A stretch of 55,915 bases of DNA from Acidimicrobiia bacterium. GTDB lineage: Bacteria; Actinomycetota; Acidimicrobiia; IMCC26256; PALSA-555. Shown piece by piece: positions 16,535 through 24,315 of the stretch; the stretch's first letter is position 1, and each line of letters begins with the position of its first letter. The notes below the pieces were generated by a model. The model ran no database searches, had not been told where the DNA came from, and worked only from the letters and a program-made list of their open reading frames with translations. Made by a program: the position numbers and the translations under genes. Location of the stretch: the NCBI GenBank assembly GCA_046484625.1, contig JAWOIO010000043.1:1-55915 (forward strand), read 5' to 3'.

Positions 16535-17961
16535 GGCGTGGGCTCCGGGACGTCGCCGGCCACGAAGGTCACGAGGGTGTCGTGGGACGGCTCGGCGTCA
16601 CCCACGATGCGGGTCGCCTGACGTGCCACGCAGGCCTCGAACAGGTTGCGGGCGAGGCGGCCGTTGCCGAACGTGGGTCCTCGGGTGGAAGCGGCGAAGT
16701 GCGCGAGCACCGCCTCCCTGGCGCCGGGATCGAGGCGGTAGTGGTGCTGTTCCCCGATGGACTCGAAGATCGCGAGGAGCTCGTCGTCGGTGTAGTCGGG
16801 GAAGTCGACCGTCTTGGAGAAGCGCGATCGCAGACCCGGGTTCGAGTCGAGGAACGTGCGCATCGGCGCGGGGTAGCCGGCCACGATGACGATGAGGTCG
16901 TCGCGGTCGTCCTCCATCCGCTTGAGCAAGGTGGCGACGGCTTCGGCGCCGAAGTCCTGCTCGCTCTCGGTGACGAGCGCGTAGGCCTCGTCGAGGAAGA
17001 GGATCCCGCCCAGCGCGTCGTCGCACGCCTTGTGCACCTTGGGCGCGGTCTGGCCGACGTAGCCGGCGACGAGCCCCGATCGGTCGGTCTCGACGAGGTG
17101 ACCGCGCGAGACGACGCCGAGCACGCGGTAGATGCGCGCGAGCAGGCGGGCGACGGTCGTCTTCCCCGTGCCCGGGTTGCCCACGAAGACGAGGTGCTGG
17201 CTGCGGTCGACGATGGGCAGGTCGCGGTCCTTGCGGATCCCCTCGACCCGCACGAGGTTGGTGAGCAGACGGACCTCGGTCTTCACGGCTTCGAGGCCGA
17301 TGAGGCCGTCGAGCTCGAGGAGCAGCGACTCGAGGGTCTCCTCAGGCTGCTCGGGGGTGGTGGCATCGGGCGCGCGCCGGCGGGATCCGTCGCCGCGCGG
17401 GATGCCGGCGGCGTCGATCCGGCGGAGGAGCATGGCGCGCAGCGTGTCGACCGCGAGCAGCTCCTCGCGGGTGGGGGTCGTGTCGATCGCGCAGACCGCG
17501 TGTGCGACGCGCAGCGCGCCGTCGTAGTACCGCCACGCCTCGGAGGAACGCGCCTGCTCGTCGGCGGTGACGATCGTCTCGAACAGTGGGGACGGGGTCA
17601 CGGGGAAGGCGCGGTGCTGGCGGATCGCCGGGCTCCCACGCAGATGGGCGGGTGAGGTGTTCCGTAGCGACTCGAACCACGGCCCGAGCGCCTGGGCGAA
17701 GGCCGCGAGCTCGGCGTCGGAGGGGTGGCCGTCGGCCGCGATCACCGACGCCGCGATCGCCTGCGCCTCGAGCGCGGCGTCGCGCTCCAGGGCACCCGGC
17801 TCGGGCTGCTTCCCGGCCCGCCGGGCCAGTCCCTCGAGGATCTCGGTCAGCTCGACGACGAGGGCCTGGACGGGCTCGTCGAGGAGCCCGGGCATGCCGG
17901 GGCCAGCGGGTCCGGGTGGTGTGCCGTCTCGGCCGGTGGCGCCCATCGCTCCCTGCTCCAT
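16531..17961 (-). CDS. CbxX/SpoVK-type AAA+ ATPase with TerB-like N-terminal region
   Basis: Walker A GNPGTGKTT, Walker B ILFLDEAY, and GLIGLEAVK upstream of the P-loop. I prefer ATG 17961 (or 17946) because the track start at 18282 would overlap the hydrolase gene. Confidence 0.9.
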   Translation of the reverse strand: MEQGAMGATGRDGTPPGPAGPGMPGLLDEPVQALVVELTEILEGLARRAGKQPEPGALERDAALEAQAIAASVIAADGHPSDAELAAFAQALGPWFESLRNTSPAHLRGSPAIRQHRAFPVTPSPLFETIVTADEQARSSEAWRYYDGALRVAHAVCAIDTTPTREELLAVDTLRAMLLRRIDAAGIPRGDGSRRRAPDATTPEQPEETLESLLLELDGLIGLEAVKTEVRLLTNLVRVEGIRKDRDLPIVDRSQHLVFVGNPGTGKTTVARLLARIYRVLGVVSRGHLVETDRSGLVAGYVGQTAPKVHKACDDALGGILFLDEAYALVTESEQDFGAEAVATLLKRMEDDRDDLIVIVAGYPAPMRTFLDSNPGLRSRFSKTVDFPDYTDDELLAIFESIGEQHHYRLDPGAREAVLAHFAASTRGPTFGNGRLARNLFEACVARQATRIVGDAEPSHDTLVTFVAGDVPEPTP

Positions 17962-18031
17962 CGCGTGCGGGGGCCATCCTGTCACCCGGGCCGTCGCCCG
18001 GTGGCGGCGGTACGTCGGGAGGGCGAGCCGC

Positions 18032-18976
18032 TCAGACGCGGCGGGCGACGAGTGCCGCGTCGAGCCAGCCGGTGGTGACGTCCAGGAAGGTCGCAGGATC
18101 CTCGAGCTGAGGTGCATGGCCGAGGTCGTCGAGGACCCGGAGATGGACCTGGTCGTGGCGCGCGGCGGCGGCGTGGGCGAGCTCGACCGCCACCAGCCGG
18201 TCGCGTGCCCCGTGGACGAGCAGGGTCGGGCGTTCGGTCGCGGCCACACCGAGGTCGGTGTCCGCGCCGTCGGTGAGCTCACGGAGCAGCGTCCGGGCCG
18301 CGTCGGCGTAGGCCTGGGGAGCCTCGGGGTAGGCGAACCGCTCGGCGGCGAGGTGGATCAGCCTTCGCCGCAGCACGGGGTCGAGTCGACTCGGGTCGTG
18401 CAGGCTCATCGCGAGGCTGAGGTCGACGAGCCGCGCGGGTCCGAGCGCCCGGGCACGCGTCGCCACCACCCGGTGCCCGACCGACGGGACCATCACGGGG
18501 ACGAAGCGTGCGATCCGTCGCCAGTCGCGGGACTTCACGCCGCGCCACTGCAGCGCCGGGTTCACGAGGACGAGCGCGTCGACGAGGTCGGGTCGCCGGG
18601 CGGCGACGCCCGCGGCGAGCACACCGCCCATCGAGTTCCCGAAGATCGCGGCGGGGCCGTGCTGCTCCAGGAACGACACGAGCAGGTCGCGGTTGCTCTC
18701 GATGGTGGCAAGCCGGGTCGTCGCCCGGGTACGCCCGTGCCCCGCGAGGTCGAGCGCCGTGACCGTCGCGCCCACCCGGTCGGCCAGTCCCTGCGCGAGC
18801 GCGAACCACGACAGCGTGTTGGCGCCCAGACCGTGGACGAGCAGGATGCGGCGATCACCGGCCCCGGACGGTCCCGGCCCTCCCGCGCGCGGCAGCCACT
18901 CGACCGCGTGGACGCGGAGGCCGTCGACCTCGATGCGATGGGCGCGTCCGGGGGCGGGCGCGAGGTTCGTCGGCAC
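18032..18976 (-). CDS. alpha/beta hydrolase
   Basis: 314 aa with LLVHGLGAN, the nucleophile elbow GNSMGG, and a C-terminal GHAPQLE. Confidence 0.9.
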   Translation of the reverse strand: MPTNLAPAPGRAHRIEVDGLRVHAVEWLPRAGGPGPSGAGDRRILLVHGLGANTLSWFALAQGLADRVGATVTALDLAGHGRTRATTRLATIESNRDLLVSFLEQHGPAAIFGNSMGGVLAAGVAARRPDLVDALVLVNPALQWRGVKSRDWRRIARFVPVMVPSVGHRVVATRARALGPARLVDLSLAMSLHDPSRLDPVLRRRLIHLAAERFAYPEAPQAYADAARTLLRELTDGADTDLGVAATERPTLLVHGARDRLVAVELAHAAAARHDQVHLRVLDDLGHAPQLEDPATFLDVTTGWLDAALVARRV

Positions 18977-18983
18977 GGGAGAA

Positions 18984-18989
18984 ATCGTA
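18984..18989 (-). promoter_or_regulatory. -10-like box (TACGAT) for leaderless hydrolase gene
   Basis: TANNNT ends 7 nt before GTG 18976. Confidence 0.45.
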
Positions 18990-18998
18990 TCGGCGTCC

Positions 18999-19004
18999 TA
19001 CGCT
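18999..19004 (+). promoter_or_regulatory. -10-like box (TACGCT) for leaderless 19011..19718
   Basis: TANNNT ends 6 nt before ATG 19011. It sits back-to-back with the 18984-18989 box. Confidence 0.45.
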
Positions 19005-19010
19005 CGGCCC

Positions 19011-19718
19011 ATGCACGGTACCGGGACCTGGCGCTGCGACTTCGTCGCTCCCGGGATCGGGTCGGTCGTGCTCGGGGGGTTCGTGCAGCTCGAGATCCCG
19101 GCTCCCCCGGCGGCCGCGCGGTACTGGGCCTACCTCGTGGGGCCCGACCTCGGGATCGTGGCGGTCCGGGACCACGATGTCCCCCGTCCCCGTCCCGGCG
19201 CGCTGACGGTACGCGCCGACGGGTTGTGGGCCGAGCTCGTGTGCGAGATCCCGGACGTCCACTGGACGATCGGGCTCGAGGCCTTCGGCGTCCGGCTCGA
19301 CGGCCCGGCGGACGCGCTCCAGGGCGAGATCGGCGAGCGGATCGCGGTGGGCCTCGACATCGAGTGGGACGACGGGGCCGTGCTCGGCGACGTGCTGATC
19401 GGGACGGACCGCATCGAGCTCGACGGCACAGGGCCGTTCGTCGCAGCCGGGCCGTCGACGTGGAGCACGACCGCAGGTCTGGAGGCGGCGGTCGACGCCG
19501 TCGGGCTCCCGGTCGCGCTCTCGGTCGCGACCGGGCGCGGTCGCGCGGAGGTCGACGTGCTGGCGGTCGTTCCCGTGCCACTCGGGGATGGTCCCGGGTC
19601 CCCGTTGCTCTTCCGTGTGCTGGGCGCTTGGCGTGACGACGACGGCGCGTCGGTGCGCGGCTGGTTGGACATCGTGAGCTCGCGAGAGGCACGAGGGCGA
19701 CTCGATTCGCGTCGATGA
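19011..19718 (+). CDS. hypothetical protein
   Basis: 235 aa with high GC3. The start is chosen from the -10 geometry. It is the tail of track ORF 18693..19718. Confidence 0.6.
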   Translation: MHGTGTWRCDFVAPGIGSVVLGGFVQLEIPAPPAAARYWAYLVGPDLGIVAVRDHDVPRPRPGALTVRADGLWAELVCEIPDVHWTIGLEAFGVRLDGPADALQGEIGERIAVGLDIEWDDGAVLGDVLIGTDRIELDGTGPFVAAGPSTWSTTAGLEAAVDAVGLPVALSVATGRGRAEVDVLAVVPVPLGDGPGSPLLFRVLGAWRDDDGASVRGWLDIVSSREARGRLDSRR

Positions 19719-19732
19719 CGCGGTGTGTCCGG

Positions 19733-21049
19733 TCAGCGCTCCAGCGTGACCCCGAAACGATCCGTGTAGTCGCGCAGCTGTTCGCGCAGGACGGCCGCGT
19801 CGAGGTCGAAGTCGCCGGCCAGGTCGTAGCGAACACCGCCGTGACGGCCACGCGGGTGCGCGGCGAGGAAGTCGACCATCGCGGCGCGAGCCTCGTCGTC
19901 GAACGGCTGACCAGCCACCGCGTAGATCCGCTCCACCATCGCGAGGTCGTCGGCCATGAACTCATCGAACGCGACGTCGATGGTCCGGTCCATGGGGAGG
20001 AGCGCGTGGTCGCGCATCCCCGCCCGCAGCATCTCCTCGATGCGGTCGGCCCAGTAGTGGCCGATCTTCACGGGGTCCGGGGACGCGGTGGAGAAGCGGG
20101 CCGTGTACGCGATCATCGTCGCGTTGGACGCGATCACCGACACCGGGTCGCGGTGGGTGAACACGAACGTGGCGTCTGGGAACACGTCGAGCAGCACGGG
20201 GATCTGCTCGAGGTGCTGCGGCGACTTCAACACCCATCTGGTCGGATCGGGGCGGTCACCGTCGCGCAGCCATTGGCAGCACTGGAGCACTCGCACGAGA
20301 TACTCGTACGCCGGGGTCTGGTCGTGCCCGACGTACCACTCCCTCCAGGAGGGGAGCACCGCCGAGGTCTCGAACAGCATCGTCGAGCCGGCGATCGCGA
20401 GGAGCTGGATCTCCTCGTGCACGTGATCGACGGTCATCTCGTGCATGCGCTTGAAGAGCGGCATCGCGTCGTTGAGGAAGTCGAGGCCGACCGCGCAGCG
20501 TTCGAAGCGGGGATCCGGCGCGCCCGCCGCGACCGCGGCCTGCTCGTCGTCCGACAGGACCGGCTCGAGGCTCTCCCAGTACCGGAGTGAGCGCAGCGCC
20601 GGGTCCTCGGCCACGAGGTTGTGCAGGTGCGTGGTCCCGGTGCGGGGCTGCCCGACGATCACGATCGGCGCCGCGATGGGAGTGTCGAGGATCTCCGGGT
20701 GCGCGCCGATCAGATGCTCCACCCGGAGACGGTTGCGCATGTGCCCGACCATCTGGCTGTGCACGCTGACGCGTCCGAATGCCGACAGCCCACCCTCGGT
20801 GTCGAGGGCCCCCAGCACGACGCCCATCGGCTCCCGGAACCAGTCGTCGCCCAAGTCGTCGAGTCCTGTCTCGGTCCGCGCGAGCGCGAGCACGGCATCG
20901 AGTGAGAAGGAGAGCCCGGCGGCCATGGGCTCCACGGCCCGCAGCATCTCGGCGACGGGCTCGGTGAACCGGGGCGCGGCGAGATCGTCGATCGCCACCG
21001 ACGGGGGCCGACGTTCGCCGGCCGGGGGGGAGGCGCCAGGTGTGCTCAT
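19733..21049 (-). CDS. sulfotransferase family protein
   Basis: 438 aa with a PAPS-binding-type loop (IVGQPRTGTTHLHNL) and an RSLRYWE region. Confidence 0.85.
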   Translation of the reverse strand: MSTPGASPPAGERRPPSVAIDDLAAPRFTEPVAEMLRAVEPMAAGLSFSLDAVLALARTETGLDDLGDDWFREPMGVVLGALDTEGGLSAFGRVSVHSQMVGHMRNRLRVEHLIGAHPEILDTPIAAPIVIVGQPRTGTTHLHNLVAEDPALRSLRYWESLEPVLSDDEQAAVAAGAPDPRFERCAVGLDFLNDAMPLFKRMHEMTVDHVHEEIQLLAIAGSTMLFETSAVLPSWREWYVGHDQTPAYEYLVRVLQCCQWLRDGDRPDPTRWVLKSPQHLEQIPVLLDVFPDATFVFTHRDPVSVIASNATMIAYTARFSTASPDPVKIGHYWADRIEEMLRAGMRDHALLPMDRTIDVAFDEFMADDLAMVERIYAVAGQPFDDEARAAMVDFLAAHPRGRHGGVRYDLAGDFDLDAAVLREQLRDYTDRFGVTLER

Positions 21050-21272
21050 CGGTGCAGCGTCGCAGCCCCGTCATCCGGCCGTCCACCATGACGCCGAGGG
21101 TCGGGGTGTGATGCCGTGGGGAGACGAGTTGCGTGCGGGCCGCCACGCGACGACGACGGGACGAGGGGGATCGGCGATCACCGTCACGCCGGCGACCCGC
21201 ACGCCTGGCCCACGACCCGCCGCGGCCGCCGGCGTGACGAGAGCCGGGTTCGGGGCGGGCGGCGCGCGGTGC

Positions 21273-22721
21273 TCAGAAGTCGAGGGCCGAGAGCCCGGGG
21301 ATCCAGCCGCCCGCGCGCCGCACCGCGTCCTGCCACCGAGGCCGGTCGGTCGGTGCACCGGGCGTGATCACCTGGGCCGGGCGCCAGGTCGCCGCGATCT
21401 GCTCGTCGTCGGCCCAGAGCCCGACCGCGCGACCGGCACAGAACGCGGCGCCGAGCGCGGTTGCCTCACGGACCGGCGCCACCTCGACGGGGCGCTGCGT
21501 CGCGGAGGCCAGCGCCGTGAGGAACACCTGGTTCGCGGCCATCCCGCCATCGACTCGAAGTCGCGCGAGCGTGAGGTCCGTGTCACGCTCCGCCGCGTCC
21601 ACCAGGTCGGCGCCGCGGTGCGCGATCCCCTCGAGCACCGCGCGTACGACATGTGTCCGCGCGGTGCCGCGGGTCAAGCCGACGAGGGTGCCGCGGGCGC
21701 CGTAGTCCCAGTGTGGGGTCCCGAGGCCGAGCAGTGCCGGGACGAACCAGACGTCGCCCGTATCGGCGCACTCGGCGGCGACGGCGTCGGACTCCTCGAC
21801 GCTCCCGAGCAGCCCGAGGTCGTCGCGCAACCACTCGATGCAGGTCCCGGCGGACAACATCACGCCCTCGGCACCCCACTGGTCGGCGCCGTCGAAGCGC
21901 CGGGTGACGATCGGGAACGTCCCTGCCTCGCCGCGACGGTCGAGTCGTGCGGGGGCGGCGCCGAGCACCACGTCGAGCATCCCGCCGGTGCCGAAGGTGA
22001 TCTTGGCGTCGCCGGGCCGGACACAACCCTGGCCGAGCAGCGACGCCTGCTGGTCGCCGATGAGGCCTGCGAGTGGCGGCGTGCCGGGGAGCGCCACGGC
22101 GTCGGCGAAGACCCCGGCGGTGTCGACGACGGTGGGGAGCGCGTCGTACGGCACGCGCAGGGCGTCGAGCGGTGCCGACGCCCAGTCGGTGTTCTCGGCG
22201 TTGCGGAGTGCGGTGACCTGCGCGTTCGTGGCATCGGTCACGTGGGCCGCGCCCTCGGAGAGCGTCCAGGCGATCCACGAGTCGACGGTCCCCACACAGA
22301 GGTCGCGGGTGCGTTCGGGGTCGGCGAGGTCGAGGAGGTGCTCGGCTTTCGTGGCGCTCTGGTTCGGGGCGAGGCGGACGTCGTCGCCGGCGAGCTCGAG
22401 GCAGCGCCCGAGCGTGCGGAGGTCCTGCCAGCCGAGGCCGGGTCCGACGGGATCCCCGGTCGCCCGGTCCCACACCACCGTGGAGGCGCGCTGGTTGGCG
22501 ATGCCGACGCTGTCGACCGGGCCGGTCGCGTCGAGCGCGGCGCGCGCGAGGTCGAGCGCGACCCGGGCCATCGCGGCCGCGTCGAACTCGACCAGGCCCG
22601 GGGCCGGGGAGCTCGGCAGGAGGGGGCTGCGGTGCTCGGCGACGACGTTCGCCTCGCCGTCGATCACCGCGGCGCGCACCGACGACGTCCCCACGTCGAC
22701 GACGAGCACGCGCCCGTTCAC
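21273..22721 (-). CDS. FGGY-family carbohydrate kinase (glycerol-kinase-like)
   Basis: 482 aa. VLVVDVGTSSVRAAV, GIANQRASTVVWD and LGWQDLRT resemble GlpK but are diverged. Confidence 0.88.
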   Translation of the reverse strand: MNGRVLVVDVGTSSVRAAVIDGEANVVAEHRSPLLPSSPAPGLVEFDAAAMARVALDLARAALDATGPVDSVGIANQRASTVVWDRATGDPVGPGLGWQDLRTLGRCLELAGDDVRLAPNQSATKAEHLLDLADPERTRDLCVGTVDSWIAWTLSEGAAHVTDATNAQVTALRNAENTDWASAPLDALRVPYDALPTVVDTAGVFADAVALPGTPPLAGLIGDQQASLLGQGCVRPGDAKITFGTGGMLDVVLGAAPARLDRRGEAGTFPIVTRRFDGADQWGAEGVMLSAGTCIEWLRDDLGLLGSVEESDAVAAECADTGDVWFVPALLGLGTPHWDYGARGTLVGLTRGTARTHVVRAVLEGIAHRGADLVDAAERDTDLTLARLRVDGGMAANQVFLTALASATQRPVEVAPVREATALGAAFCAGRAVGLWADDEQIAATWRPAQVITPGAPTDRPRWQDAVRRAGGWIPGLSALDF

Positions 22722-22754
22722 CTGTCGCCCGGTTCCGTCACGATGCGTCCGAGA

Positions 22755-24290
22755 TCATGCGGAGCCGGGCCATGCCGGACTCGGCCCGAACGGGCTCGGC
22801 AGCCCGAGCTTGCCGGGGTTGAGGATCCCGCTGGGGTCGAGCGCCTGCTTCGTGGCGGCGAGTACGTCGAACGCCGGGCCGAGGGCTTCGCGCATGAACC
22901 GCGCGCGGTTGAGTCCGACGCCGTGATGGTGGCTGAGAGCGCCGCCGTGCTCGAGCACGGCGCGCGTCCCCGCGTCCCACACCGCGCGGTAGTACGCATC
23001 GCGCTCGTCGAGTGGAGGCTGTCCGGCAAAGGTGAAGTAGAGGCACGCGCCGTCCGTGTAGGCGTGCGACTGGTGAGCCGACGCCACCAGCGTGTGCTCC
23101 ACGGCCCGGATCGCGTCCGTCGCGGCCGCGTAGATCGCCGGGAGCTCCCGCCACCGCGCGGCGATCTCCATCGTGTCGACCACGTAGCCGCGTGTGACGA
23201 GCGGCTCGAGCGCCGAGACGTCGTTGCGGTGGTCGAGCCAGCGACCCACGAGGGTCGCTCCGTCGAGCTCGGCCGCGTCGGCGCACTCCTCGGCGACGAC
23301 CGCCAGGACGCCGTCGACGAGGTGCGCGTCGCCCTCGTCGAGGATCAGCAGGGGATGGAGGTCGGTGCCGGTCTCGAAGCCGCGCTCGCCCTCGATCGCG
23401 TCGTAGAGGCGGAGCACCGCGGGGGTCGCGCCGCGACGCAGGATGCGACGGCACGCGTCGAGTCCGGACTCGAACGACGTGAACCCGTAGGCCGCGCGCC
23501 GTTCGACGGCGGGAACGGGGTGCGCCCGAAGCCGGGCGCCCGTGATCACGCCGAGGGTGCCCTCGCTCCCCACGAAGAGCTGGGTGAGGTCGGGGCCGGC
23601 AGCGGCACGGGGTGCGCCGCCGGTGCGGATCGCCGTCCCGTCGGCGAGCACGACATCGAGGCCGACGACCATGTCCTCGATCTTCCCGTAGCGGGTCGAG
23701 TACTGGCCCGCGCCACGACAGGCGATCCACCCGCCGACCGTTGACAGCGCGATGGACTGGGGCCAGTGCCCCACGGTGAGCCCGTGACCGGCACGCAGGT
23801 CGTCCTCGAACACGTCGCCGAACGTGCCCGGAAGCACGTCGACCACGAGCGACTCGTCGTCGACGTCGACGATCCCGGTGATCCCGCACAGGTCGAGCAC
23901 GACACCGCCGTGGACGGGGACGCTCGCGCCGCAGACGCCGCTCCGGCCCGCGGCCGCGGTCACGGGGACGCGAGCCTCGTTGCAGATGCGCAGCACCGCG
24001 GCGACCTGCGCGGCATCGGTGGGTGCCGCGACCGCGGCGGCGACGGCCGGGACCTGCCCGTCGAGGGCCCAGATCATGGCGAGCGGCCACCAGTCGCGGC
24101 TGGCCTCGGCGCGGGCGCCCGCGTCGACCCGCACGTCGGCGCACGCAGCACGGAGTCGCTCGAGGAGCGCGTCGTCGAGCGTGACGGTGTCGGTGCCGAG
24201 GTGGGCGGTGATCGCGTCCGCGTCCGTCGGCGACCCATCGGTGCCGATCGCGATGGGTGGGGTGGGTTCGCCTCGTCGGACGTCGGGCAT
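22755..24290 (-). CDS. FAD-linked (PCMH-type) oxidoreductase
   Basis: 511 aa. It has an FAD-binding domain (VPVTAAAGRSGVCGASVPVHGGVVLDL) and a C-terminal oxidase domain ending HHHGVGLNR. Confidence 0.88.
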   Translation of the reverse strand: MPDVRRGEPTPPIAIGTDGSPTDADAITAHLGTDTVTLDDALLERLRAACADVRVDAGARAEASRDWWPLAMIWALDGQVPAVAAAVAAPTDAAQVAAVLRICNEARVPVTAAAGRSGVCGASVPVHGGVVLDLCGITGIVDVDDESLVVDVLPGTFGDVFEDDLRAGHGLTVGHWPQSIALSTVGGWIACRGAGQYSTRYGKIEDMVVGLDVVLADGTAIRTGGAPRAAAGPDLTQLFVGSEGTLGVITGARLRAHPVPAVERRAAYGFTSFESGLDACRRILRRGATPAVLRLYDAIEGERGFETGTDLHPLLILDEGDAHLVDGVLAVVAEECADAAELDGATLVGRWLDHRNDVSALEPLVTRGYVVDTMEIAARWRELPAIYAAATDAIRAVEHTLVASAHQSHAYTDGACLYFTFAGQPPLDERDAYYRAVWDAGTRAVLEHGGALSHHHGVGLNRARFMREALGPAFDVLAATKQALDPSGILNPGKLGLPSPFGPSPAWPGSA

Positions 24291-24315
24291 GGGCGCAGCC
24301 TCGCGCTTCGCGCGC

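Noticed and set aside
17962-18282. Longer start for the AAA+ ATPase at 18282.
   Set aside because: It would overlap the 3' end of the alpha/beta hydrolase gene by 250 nt on the same strand in another frame. The extra residues are Ser/Pro/Thr/Arg-rich junk.
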